NCBI GenBank assembly: GCA_001949185.1
Contig: BDGG01000007.1
Coordinates: 1,570,730 to 1,634,729 of the forward strand
Origin: Ramazzottius varieornatus
Lineage: Eukaryota > Animalia > Tardigrada
DNA: 64,000 nt
Reading direction: 5' to 3'
The notes under the pieces were generated by a model. It made no database searches and was not told the DNA's origin. It worked only from the letters and a program-made list of their open reading frames with translations. Of this stretch, positions 51,443 to 63,049 are shown in pieces. The position numbers and the translations under genes are program-made. Position 1 is the first letter of the stretch; each line of letters starts with the position of its first letter.

Positions 51443-53604
51443 TGTCACAGTTACAGACTAGCACTATGTACAATATTACCGGCTTGTACTTCAAGAATTC
51501 CGTCAAATGTACACTGACAACTCTACCGGCCTATGAACGAACTACTCCACTGGCATGTAGATTACGAAAACTGCCGGTGTTTACAGCGGAAACATCGCTG
51601 GCGTGTACTTTGTCAACATTGCCGGAATAGGCAATTGCTCTGACCTTAATCGACTTACACTTCAGCTTTTGGTCGCCGTTCGTCGCTATCATTCCAACGT
51701 GGTACGGATCTACCACGACGAAATTCTCAGACTTCGATCCATCCTCGTTCTGGTACTGACGAAGAATGACCCCTTTCTTCCTTCGCAGGTAGCTTTCCAC
51801 GTCTTCTCCGCATGTGTTCTTGTTGACCGTGTTTCTGATGGTCATGACCTGTCGTATATCTTTCGGTCCATAATATGGGTTCACCTCGTGGTCGATTTCG
51901 GGTATAGTTGACGCAACTTCGAGAACGATGTCTCTAGGGCTCATGGGCTCGCCGCGTGCAACAGGTGACGCTAGGTTCTTGATCGCGCTTGTTATAGCGC
52001 GGTTGTTGTAGGTTTTCCCAGGCGGGAATGGTGCGATCTTGCTTTCGTCGGACCATACATACTGGATCACGAAGAAAAACTCGACTGGCTTGCTGCAGCC
52101 CTCTGACGACACAATTACAAGAAGACGTCGCTTGAAGCCATTAGGCTTCCCATTAGGTCGACTATACCAGTCCTTCTTCATGAATAAGAACGGCGTCTGG
52201 TCGTCATCATGCTTGCTACCACTACCAAACCGTTCATTTGATTCTTTCCAGCTGCCGTTCCCGTCGCCCAGAATTAGTCCGTAGATCCGTTCTCTTTGCT
52301 CGGACCGGAAGGAAACGGCAAACCACGCTTGACTTCGGAAGCGCTGAGGTATTCGGTGATATTTGTACGCATCAAGGACTTCTGGATTACACAACCAGGC
52401 GAGAACTGACGCATCGCTTTGCACCGTTTGGAAACAACGATAAAGGTTATCTCTGCAGGAAGCAATATGATGTGAGTTAGATTTCACTACGTTGACAACT
52501 CCGTCGGCGTGCACACCAGCATCTCCATCGGCTTATACAACGGCATCTTCACAGGTTTATACAGTAAAAACTCTGCCGGCATGTATTGAAAAGAAGCAGC
52601 TTGACTCACATCTCATAACATGGTCCCAGAGCGCTGTCCGCCACGGGAGCTCCTAAGGCAAGATTTCCACGTTCAGAAAATGTAACCACTGGCTGAGCTA
52701 ATCGTTTTGGCTCATGGTCTGATACAGATAACGACGTCTCCCTGCAACAGGTAAGTGATCCAGTTAACGCTGGAGTCACTTGTGCGCTGCTCACAATCCC
52801 GACTACTTACGGGGTAATGCACATGTGTACTGGCTCATTAGCGCTGCTCTGCGTGGAGGCGCCGGTGAAAGCTGATGCGTCGTCGTCGTCGTCACTTTCC
52901 AACATATATACAACCGAACTATCAGCATTCTTCACCGAAGAGTCTTTGAAGTTTGCAAAGTTCCTGAAATAACCAATCGATATATTGCTTGCAATGAATA
53001 TTGCATTTGTGGACTACATAGTGCAAATAAACCACACAAACACCGTACATATCGTCATCTCAATCGGCGAGTACGGCATGTACACGGATTTCGCCGGCGT
53101 GAGGAGTAACGTCTACGCCGGCGTGTGGTCTGCCGTCTCCACCGGCGCGTACAATGACAACTGAGACGATATGATACGGACTTCGCCGGCTTGTGCAGTG
53201 GCATCTCCGCCGGCGTGTAAAGTGATAACTTCGACGGCTTATACGAAGACAACTTCGCCGGCGTGAACATTTGCAGGTCCAGTGGTTTATAAGTGTTTTT
53301 GAGATACGTTGGAAAGTTTGAAAACGTACCTTCCAACTCCAGAAGAGGTGCTCGGAATATTAGGATCGTCGTCGAGGATGACAGAACTCATAGTCAGTTC
53401 GTCCGACTCGTCTTGGTTGTCCCATTCCGCGTCGAAAGCGCTTGTAGAACGATCAGAGAGTATATCTTGACTGATGTCCTTAGTTTTCAGGCGTTTGACA
53501 CCCCCACTGCAGCCACTGCTGTTGGGCGAACCAGATGGGAAGATACCATCGAACACTATCTCGTTGTCGTCATCCTCATCCGAAATATACGATGAGTGTT
53601 CCAT
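51140..53604 (-). CDS. MULE transposase remnant: acidic N-terminus and CG-1-like DNA-binding region, no DDE core visible
   Basis: Exons 53604-53330, 52963-52811, 52741-52610 and 52452-~51650 join in phase; the last exon starts at 51430 with an ambiguous donor. Motifs DGNGSW...Y...FKRRLL...VIQY (CG-1/CAMTA-like) and PKDIRQV (MULE-like). Confidence 0.65.
51470..51630. repeat. Degenerate 24-bp tandem array (intron of MULE gene)
   Basis: C(C/T)GG cores at 51526, 51550, 51574, 51598 and 51622, plus 51479. Confidence 0.75.
52495..52590. repeat. Degenerate 24-bp tandem array (intron of MULE gene)
   Basis: Cores at 52504, 52528, 52552 and 52576. Confidence 0.75.
53060..53295. repeat. Degenerate 24-bp tandem array (intron of MULE gene)
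   Basis: CCGGC-type cores at 53094, 53118, 53142, 53186, 53210, 53234, 53258 and 53282; consensus core ~ACTTCGCCGGCGTGTAC. Confidence 0.85.
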
Positions 53605-54256
53605 GGCGAGGTGGCAGCGAAAGTCAAAACAGATCCAGGAAGAAAGCGAGGAGAAAGGCGGAAACAAGTGAAAAATAAATTTTCTTGCGTTGCAAACCCG
53701 AACAACTGGCTTGGCCGTGGCCGCCATTTCGGCTGCGGCGTTTCAGTATGCTGAGCGTACATCGTTGTGAGGGGTACGAGTTATGGTGCGGTGTTACGAT
53801 TATTTTTCGAAATTGTGGTGCAGTACGGTTACGAGTTTAGTTGTTGTCTGGATACGCTGAAGGTTACACTGAAGGCAAAATTTGCAAACCCCCGAAGACA
53901 TTTTGACGGTAAGGTGCTGCGGAGGCAAAGCATAGCAAGCCGATTTGCTCGTGTAGAGGTGTAGTGGACTAGTGGTCTCATTTATAGAAATTAAGTTGCC
54001 ACTCCCGTTCACTTGCAACCGTAGCTACGGCCTTGCTCCGCCCCTTTCGTGACGTCTAACTACATTTGCTTTCCGGAGCTCCCCTTATTTTCGGAAAATA
54101 GCGTAATCGGAGTTACGATTGGCTGGCATTGGGAAGCATGGTTGCTGCCCAACTATTCAAAGTTCTGATCAGCTGCGAGTGACGTTACAACTCATCTTAG
54201 TTGCAGTGGGACTTTCATCTGGTGGTGGCAACTTAATGTCTGTACCTAATGTCTGT

Positions 54257-55651
54257 ACAGAACTGTTACGATTTACAGCAACACGCCCCCTGGCTTTTAA
54301 CTGGTGGCTGCGTGTCATACTGCCACGCCCATTTCCAAGGTGGTTCCTGTCTGGACCACAGCAATGAGTTGATTGTCTTCAATGGCCAACTTCTCGTCAA
54401 GATCGGCAAAACGACTAGTTCCTAGGACCTACTTCCCTCTTTGATGATGCCAACCTAGATCCTAGGAACCACTTTCGAAGTTCAGGTTCACGAAATCTGG
54501 ATTCACTTAGAAATTGCATTGCAGGCCTCCTTGCAAACCCACACAACACTAGCACAAAGGAAGTTCAATGTGAGCTGACTCTAAGGTTGAAGCTCCGTAC
54601 GAATAGCGATGGAATCTGCCTAATAACTGGGTTTCAGGAACCAAGCTCAGCAGCCAAAGGACACACGTAAGAGAGCTAGTGGCTTTTGAAAATCAAATTC
54701 GCCCAGATAGTCGCAGCCTTGCCAGAAATCCATCAAGCAACAGTTCACGCATGTACACAATTTTCAGATGTACCAGTAATGGTCCAGCTTGCTTGTTCAT
54801 GCGAACCTTTTGTTATCTGAACAGATGATCGTCATGAGGATTCTACCGGGCAACTGGAAACAGGCACGGGGAAACTTCAGCTTGTGAGTCGGCTTGACTT
54901 CGTGCCAATACTGAGCGGGTTTGCAAGGAAGCTTGCAATGCATTTCTTAATTAAGTCTAGATTTTTTGAAGAACTTGAACTTCGAAAGTGGTTCCTAGAA
55001 CCTAGGTTGGCATTATTAAAGATCGGAGTACGTCCTAGGAAGTCTAATCATGAGAATTGCATTTTACATTACATTATATTTTACATTACAATTACACTTT
55101 TACATGACATTACAACCACGGGGAAGTTGTAACGTAAATTTAAAATGTAATTACAACTTTTACCTGCCAGAATCTGCGGTATTTTTGAGTATTTTGCCGC
55201 CGGAAATCTAAAATTCGACTGACTTACGCGGCAAACCGTCAGAAACTTCTTAAGTATGGTCATTTTGCAACCGTTTTTTCATCTTTGTCTGGAAGACAAT
55301 TACTAAGATCTATATTCTATGCAAACATAGACATAGCTGTTTCGTCGTTTTCGTCGCTCCTTGTCACTTTTAGGTGTTACAAACCGCTCGGTCTGTAAAA
55401 TGTAAACTATGGTAGAATGTGATTACACGTTTACAATTACACTTTGCATTACACGGACCATCTGCGTGTAATGATCATCATTACAGCAGGAATTAGTCGT
55501 TTTGCCGGTTTTGACGAGAAGTTGGCCCTTGAAGACAATCAACTCATTGCTGTGGTCCAGACAGGAGCCTTGGAAATGGGCGTGGCAGTATGATACGCAG
55601 CCACCAGTTAAAAGCCAGGGGGCGTGTTGCTGTAAATCGTAACAGTGCTGT
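54257..55651. mobile_element. Foldback/MITE-like element with ~300-bp inverted arms; right arm interrupted
   Basis: ~54257-54423 pairs with ~55488-55651, and ~54418-54560 pairs with ~54900-55042. Confidence 0.75.
55045..55483. mobile_element. TTACA-rich MITE nested in the foldback arm
   Basis: Ends TAATCATGAGAATTGC / GTAATGATCATCATTA form an imperfect TIR; related to 12204-12320. No clean TSD. Confidence 0.55.
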
Positions 55652-56264
55652 GAAATTCTGAATGAGACCACTACAGCTCCATTAATTATAATTTGATGCT
55701 TCGATTGATTAGCATTCAGCGATTATCGCCCATCGGGCCCTATAGCTATACGGGAAGGCAGCCCACGAGCAATCAAGAGCAACACGTCACAGCGGAGGTG
55801 CGGCTTATGGCGGAGGCCAAAGCGAATGTAAAGTGCATGCACTCGTTCAACGAGCACGATTGCACGCACTGCAATCTGTCAGCTTTTTATGCAAAGAACC
55901 TGGTATGGCAGGCCGTGTTGTGACATTGCTCCAGCCTGTCCTCGTGCATGCTTGAGTAAGTTCGGCCACCATTTCTCGCAAGCGACAATCTTATCTCGTT
56001 TGTCCGGCCAAAGATGGACCGAATCTTCAGGATCTTTTTCATGTCTGAAATGAGGTAATCTGAAACCTGGAAGCTGAGATACGGCTTGAACAAAGTACGC
56101 AGAATAACCGAGTTTGGGAGCCAGTCGGACTCGTCAATCGATCAGTGTTGTCGGAGCATGCCAGAACGGTAAATCTTTAAGCGCTTTAGTCGAGCTGTAC
56201 GGCCTTCCTTTGCCCAGACAGTCGCTCCGTAACAGACGATAGATAGATAGATTTATTGAGCCTC

Positions 56265-56934
56265 GACAATCTAGTCGACGGCTACCTCGATCGTCAGAGG
56301 ATAACGAAACATAAAAATACAGTACTAACGACGTTATACAGCTGACTGGTGATTGCACTGCATTCGCCCAGTATACATGACCTCACCTCAGCGGCTAATC
56401 GTGTCAAAGCCGTGCAGCCGGTTTAGTGCGCTGCCTTTACGTGGACGTGATAGTGACGGACAACGGGGAAACTGTCCCTGGAACTGGAGGAGGGTGGCCC
56501 CCGAAAGGCTACCAGAACCTCGACCCGCCGAGCCAGGCGGATCAACCTCCCGTCGGTACTCCCAGGTTCGGAGGGCGAGCCCAAATCGGCGAAGGAGACC
56601 CTCGCGACGGACAGCAAAAACCCAACCACACACATGGACCAGCTCGAACATCAAACCGGGAACGACGGAGCCAGTCGGACATGGAAATTGACAAGTGAGC
56701 ACCTGGACGAAAGCGGAAAGAACACTCCCTGATTCCTTGTATGGTGGTTAGCTCTCCCTGCTCTGGTTGTGCGAGTTTTCCACTTCCTTTCTGGTGCCTG
56801 ATCTCGGATTGTAATTTCTATGTGTCTATCTTCTGAAGTTAATCTTGATCGCTTCCACTTGCCAAAGCCTTTAGTACTGTATTTTTATGTTTTGTTATCC
56901 TCTGACGATCGAGGAAGCCGTAGACTAGATTGTC
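56265..56934. repeat. 64-bp inverted repeat pair resembling a retroelement 3' end
   Basis: 56265-56328 vs 56871-56934, 61/64 identical. On the - strand the left copy is followed by AATAAA and (TCTA)n. Confidence 0.7.
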
Positions 56935-56968
56935 TGTCCATCTATAGCTATATCGGGCCAGGTCATCG

Positions 56969-57484
56969 TGAGGTTGTGCATTCCAGACCATACCCTCTTG
57001 GAATGGAAAATAGGAAAGGGATTCCTGATATTCCTATCCTCCTATTTTCCTTCTCCAAAATTCTCCGATGGAAACTTGGAATTACAAAACACTGTGAAAA
57101 GGTATGTTTTTGAGGGGTATATCGATCAAGATGTGCACTTTCCACGCGAATAATGCTTGTACCATGCGGACGAATGCCTTTTTGGTCCAAAATATTCCTG
57201 CCAACTCTCAGATATCACAGCCACATCGAAAAACCTAACCGTGCATTCCATAAAACCCACCATTTTTGTGGGTTCGAGAGACATTCGATTAAGTGATCCG
57301 TTAATTCATCTGCAAAATCTGAAACAGCGGAATTTCTCACGGAATTCCTAGTAGTTTTCCAGATTTCACTTGTTTTCCAAAATAGGAATTCCACCGTTCC
57401 AAATCCTCACCCCTTGGAACGGAGAGGAATTCGTGGAATGGAACGGAATATGGAAAGCAATGGAATTTGGAATGCACAACCTTA
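56969..57484. mobile_element. hAT-type MITE
   Basis: TIR T(G/A)AGGTTGTGCATTCCA; 8-bp TSD GGTCATCG (56961-56968) / GGCCATCG (57485-57492); GGAAT-rich subterminal repeats. Confidence 0.8.
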
Positions 57485-57868
57485 GGCCATCGGCCATCTT
57501 GCAGGTTCTTTCAGCCATTTTGTGGTTTGAAGTTTGAACGCAGAGATGATGAAATTTGATCGATGCCATTAGACTGAACTGTGAACAAGATTGCTCGTTC
57601 GATCAGCAGGGAGAAGGAGGACTGGCCAAGGTAGCGAGAGGCTGAAGTTCCAGGAGGTCTCTCAGACCGCCACATCCAAATTTCTCCTTCTTTATAGGAC
57701 ATGATGGACCGATCTATATTTGATGGAGCGTATCCCGGGAAAGTCAGCTTGGAACATCGAGCTGCATCCTCACATATAAAAGCGGGCAACCGAGCTCGAG
57801 GCCTTCTAAGACCAACAGACCACATTGCGCTGTGCCTGAACGACAAACAGTCGACGTCACGACAGGTA

Positions 57869-60650
57869 AGGTAGGGATCATAACAGGGAAAGGAGCTCTC
57901 TCGTACAGAGAAATTTCTGAGCCGCTGCCCAGATCCCTTCCTAGAGAAAATCTTGAGCGATCTTCCGACTTCGGAAATCGTTTTGCATGTTTTGATTGAC
58001 AGGATTTGCTCTTGGTCATCCCGCCATCGGGGATATTTTTCTTGATTGTCCGCACGCTACAGACCAACCCGCCCACCGTGGTCTTTGGACTCTGACGTCA
58101 GCAGGCAAAAAATGAAATCTGTTGCGCGCGTGAAATGTAAAAGGCACCGGCACAGACGATATTCTTATCGGCCTTCTGGCATCTAACCTCCATGCTGCAC
58201 GTTGGAAAACGATAGAGTCGAGACAACTTCTTTGTTGTCTTCTCCTATCACAGCTGGAAAGTATGAAGAGTCAGCCAGGAAAAAACTGGAGAGATAAGAG
58301 CTTCCATCAAACACAAGCGAAAACCGTCTCCTCAGTTTTCAAATGCACCACAGTATTCTACAATAGCGTATGCCGTAGTCTGACAAAACTAACAGGAAGC
58401 TGAGAGATGTCTTCCAGTTCTTCTCTGTATCCCGTGGATGTGAGGCATATTGCTCATTTATGGAAAGTGCTGGGTCAGTCGTTTTTGGGTCGAATAAATG
58501 TACTCTGACCACTCTGGCAGGTCGCCGTAAGGCAATCGCGCATCTGTGCCAGCCAAGTCCACGCACCATCCAGAACATCACTACGAACTGGGATTTGATA
58601 ACTGGTCCACCGAGCGGAACTACGTAAATGAAACCTTGGACCCGGTTGTCGAGGCGGAAGAAATGGAGGGTGTCCTGGGCGTCGGTCGGCACTTGTTGAA
58701 GGAGTCGGAATACGGGAAAATTCGTGCGATCATTCACCGGGAGTACAAGTGTAAAATACACATCACGGTGGAATCTCTACTGCCATTGGTGGAGGAGAAA
58801 GTCGGTGTTAAGGTGTCGAAATCCACGATGTATCGTGTGCTACGTCGAATGGGCTTCCGATATCGGGATCGGTCCACTAAACACCTGTTTGGTGACCCAA
58901 GCCTCAAAGTCAGGCGTATCCGTTACATCCGAGCGGTTCGTCAGTTTCGACAGAAGAATGCCCTGATTGCCTTGCTGGATGAGACTTGGTTAAACGAGAA
59001 CGACCAGTTTCGCAAGAGTTGGATCGAACTCGGCAAAGAAAAATCCACCGGCACAGCCGAAATCCTGTGCAAGGACTGCGGACAGTCGCATCCAAGTGGA
59101 TCGGGAAAGCGTCTGGTCATTTTCGACGTGGTGACGGATAGGGGATTCGTTCCCGGATGTGGACTTATCTAGGAAGCCTCAAAGCACACTGGGGACTACT
59201 ACGGGAATTTCAACTACCAAAACTACGAGAAGTAAGCCAGTCTGTCAAATCAATAAATAAAATAAATTGTATGATCTGTTTTGATGTTCTTTTCATTCGG
59301 AAGAGATTTGCTCGTTGCACCAGGTCAATCAAGTGACTTGATTTTGAGAAAAGTAAAAAAACGTGGGTCAAAATTGAGTTTTTGAGTATATCTCGCAAAC
59401 CATTAGTTGGATCTTTCCGGTCCGAGCAGACAAAATGAAGATGTCGACTGGGTCCCTCTGATTGTGAAAGAATTTGTGATGAAACTCTTACCGTGACGGA
59501 GTACCAGTGCTTCAAGTTTTCGATGACGTCATGATACATTTTGGCTGTTATGGTTTTAGGTTCATGAAGGAGGTGGTGGTTCCCCGTTTGAAAGAATTTG
59601 CTCGGCTCCACGGATATGACACGGTTGTGATCGTGCTGGATAACGCAAGTTATCATTCTCGCTTGATGCCACAGTTCAGAATACCCAAGAGAGTGAAGAA
59701 AGAAATTCAGCAGTGGCTGACTGACCATAGGATCGAGTTCGGTGCGCGGGAACTGGTGGCCGAGCTGTGGCAGAAGGTGACGGACTTTCTGAAAAATCAC
59801 GTGGGCGACAGGTACTACATGGATGACTATTTGAAGACCAAAGAAGGCATCGAGACAGTTCGTCTGCCGCCCTACCACTGTGACTTCAACCCGATTGAAA
59901 AATGCTGGGCCCGCCGCAAAGGGTATGTCGCCAAGCAAAACACCACCAGAGAGCTGCCTGACCTGATCAAGCTGTGGGAAGAATCTGCTGATATCTTCAA
60001 GCCAGAAGACTTCCCCAAGCTCTTCACCCATTGCATCAAGCTTGAGGATGACTACTGGGATATCGACACAAAGGAAGACCGCATTGAGGCAGTTGGTGAC
60101 GAGCAAGCCGATGAGGACGTTGCTGAAGAGGGCGGAGACCTGGAGCCCCTGGATCAAGATCTTGACGATGACAATGACCTAGCTTTGCTTCCGTTTAAGT
60201 GTCTTTACCGTGTCCCGCTTGATTACGAAATTCGTCCCACGCCCGTAATACTTTGTCGATTCAAAGAAAATAATATTATCCCCCATTACCATAAATTAGC
60301 CGAACCCTTATTATAACGTAGAACTTTTCCTGTAAAGACTGCGGACGGCTTGGGCGCTTGCTGTGGGACCCGATGTAAAACGCGGAAGTATGGGACAAAA
60401 CTTTCAAAACAGGTTGACTGACGTCAGAGTCCAAAGACCACGGTGGGCGGGTTGGTCTGTAGCGTGCGGACAATCAAGAAAAATATCCCCGATGGCGGGA
60501 TGACCAAGAGCAAATCCTGTCAATCAAAACATGCAAAACGATTTCCGAAGTCGGAAGATCGCTCAAGATTTTCTCTAGGAAGGGATCTGGGCAGCGGCTC
60601 AGAAATTTCTCTGTACGAGAGAGCTCCTTTCCCTGTTGTGATCCCGACCT
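57869..60650 (+). mobile_element. IS630/Tc1/mariner DNA transposon, DD85E (Sailor-type), 233-bp TIRs, TA TSD
   Basis: TIRs 57869-58101 and 60418-60650 are almost identical; TA at 57867-57868 and 60651-60652. Confidence 0.93.
58520..60316 (+). pseudogene. DD85E transposase with an intron (59232-59559) and an in-frame stop at 59170-59172; 5' end uncertain
   Basis: HTH-like VSKSTMYRVLRRMGFRY; LLDETW; IVLDNASYH; LPPYHCDFNPIE with 85 residues between D2 and E. TAG lies where TGG would be expected. Confidence 0.85.
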
Positions 60651-61047
60651 TAGCCGAAGGCAGTGGTCAATCAGTGCTAAGGTCAACTCATTGCAGGCAT
60701 AACTAACGGAAGAGAACGAGGCGGACTTGTTGCTGCTGTCGAAGAGTATCGACGCACCTCGTCTAAAGACGGCGGCTTTGCGTTTTATCGGAAAGAATAT
60801 GGCCGTCTTGAATAGTTCGCCAACCAGCAAGGAACTATGCCAGAAAGCCCGTGCCAAAAGCTGCACGCCGTAATTGTTACCTCTGTCCAGCTTTTTTTTT
60901 TCTTTTGCTGTATCTTCCTTATTTCATTTCGCATTCATTTCTCTGGAAAATGCATCGCGCAGACGGCGATATAGACCATTTTCCATGTGTCCGTCTATTA
61001 GTCTAGAACAGTCAACAATAAATAATGTGCTGCTGGTACAGCGATGC

Positions 61048-62066
61048 TCAGCAGGTCTGTAGTACAGCGTCCGAGGGCAGAGCGTATTCGCGGTGTCGGA
61101 AGTACAGTCTGGAAAACACGTGAACAATTAACATCTCGTTCAGTTTTAGATTAAACGAGATTCCAAAGTGAAGTTGCATTATACTTGACGCTGTCGACGT
61201 TGTAATAAGCTCGGCATTGTTGTATGGCACTCCATGGGGTATTTTGCGCTGTGGCTCCCACCACATCCAAGGTGAAGATGCAGTCGAAATCGTTCATTAG
61301 GTCAGGCTCCGACACGTCTTCCATATCGACTACTTCCACACGCAGGTTAGCAGCCTAAAGCCATAGAACGCACCATATTAGTTAAGCAGGTTGGTGAGAA
61401 CCCCCCATCATTCACTACACCGTCTCCAGAAACACCGAGGTTGCCGGCAACCGTTACCCTACAGGCATACCGTCACGTTTCCGCAGATGTCTTTGCTGAC
61501 ACCTTCTCCTAAATCAAAGACATCCTGGTTGGTTCGGTCGATGATGTGCTGGAAAGTGTGGACGGATCGCGGACCTGGCCAAGCGGCATAGGCTGTGTTC
61601 CTGTAAAGACAAACATCCAGCTGATGATCCCACTGACAGTTTGCCACTTGTGCACTTACACGTCAAGGTCAACGAAGAAGCGAGGATCACACTTGCTGGT
61701 GGTGTCACAGAACTGGCCATCGTATATTAAACTGCCTGGATTCTCAAAGCGCACCAGCTGGATTTCCATGCGGATGCCGGCGCTGATCTGCTGTGGACTG
61801 GCTGTGACCATCATGGCGCTGCTGCTCATATCGCTGGCCAATGCCATGGCCCAAGTCATGCCCTCGGTGCCGTTCCAACTAGGAAGGTTCCACGTTCCCG
61901 ACAGCCGGCTGACCGAGCCATCAATGCTGCCGTTAACCCCAGTGGCCATCCCAACACTTCCGTCGCTGTTTACCATCATCGGGCCTGTTTGCCGCTTTAC
62001 CATCGGTGCGCAGAAAGCCACTCGGACAACCCATTCCGCAAGGAGAAATACCAGCGCCCTCGCCAT
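61048..62066 (-). CDS. Secreted protein with a single MNNL-like (Notch-ligand N-terminal, C2-like) domain; no DSL/EGF
   Basis: Hydrophobic N-terminus, then IRMEIQLVRFENPGSLIYDGQFCD..CDPRFFVDLD | ... | NLRVEVVD.ED...DLMNDF..W..C | LYFRHREY..C-stop across 4 exons. Confidence 0.6.
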
Positions 62067-63049
62067 TAATCCCCGATCGATCGATCCCAGCCAGAAAATC
62101 TTCAACAACAGAAAAGTGACCACTTGTTTTTCACTTCTAAAATATTCTGTAGAAAATTATCTGAATAGTTTCCGAAATATTCTGCAGAAAATCGATTGAA
62201 TATATTTTCCGCGGGGCGGATACGCAGGCGTCGAGCTTTATAGGGCTCGGGAGTCAACAAGTGCTTCACCAGATTGTTCCATATAGTGTGCAACGGCCAG
62301 CAAGGCCACCGACAAACAGTTGCATACCTTCCGTGGGGGAAAATACTCCAAAGGCTGACTTCACATTACCACGACGGCTTTGTTGTATCTCTTGTCAAGA
62401 TCCGCACAAAGAAAAATATCAGCACTTGGCCAACATGTCCAATATTGTGGGGAATTTTGCGAATCAGCCTGCAACAAGACACAACCTATTGACTTTCGAC
62501 TTGCTGCGTTCTTCAAAGTATTGTTGGACGAAAGAGAAAAATACTTCCGACAGGAGAGAGCCAGCTGAAAGGCTGCGCAACTTACTAGCCAGCTGTTGCT
62601 CAAGCAGCAAGGAAGCTATGTACCGACAGTTCGTCAGTAATAATAGCGGAGAACCTAACTGAAAAAAAGCCAAAATTTCACACCTGAACCAAAAGATGCA
62701 GTGACATTGCTTTATGCGTACAGTAGATCACAAAAACAATAAAGACTTTCACCTAACAATAAGATGGAAACAAGAAAAAGAAGCTTGGAACGTCACAGCC
62801 AGAATACTCCGAGTACTGCCACCTCACTGCACCGACAGATTGGTCTGCTAGATGATAAATATAATTATATGAGCTAACCTGAGTAAAAGACGGAAGCTTG
62901 ACTAGGTTAGAAACAGAGGATAAAGACTAGAAAAGTCCAGACTGAAGGAGATCCAACAAAACAAAACGTCCTTTAAGATGGTAAAACAAAAAGAGCGGCA
63001 CCGGGACACCAGATTGACTGCCATGGCTCGTCCTTCTTGTCCAGAATTA

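Larger units (their letters stand above)
49483..53941. mobile_element. Mutator-like (MULE) DNA transposon, 4459 bp, with two convergent genes; apparently internally deleted
   Basis: TIRs 49483-49554 and 53870-53941 (GGCTTGCTATGCTTTGCC..., 63/72 identical). Perfect 9-bp TSD GATTTGCTC at 49474-49482 and 53942-53950. Confidence 0.9.

Noticed and set aside
53060-53295. CRISPR-like array or YxP-repeat protein
   Set aside because: Units are contiguous degenerate 24-mers without unique spacers, the context is eukaryotic with no cas genes, and the peptide frame contains stops and lies in introns.
57744-58076. Duplicated ORF MGGLVCSVRT... (also at 60443-60706)
   Set aside because: Just the two TIRs of the transposon read in opposite directions.
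59210-60157. 315-aa - strand ORF
   Set aside because: Antisense shadow of the DD85E transposase.
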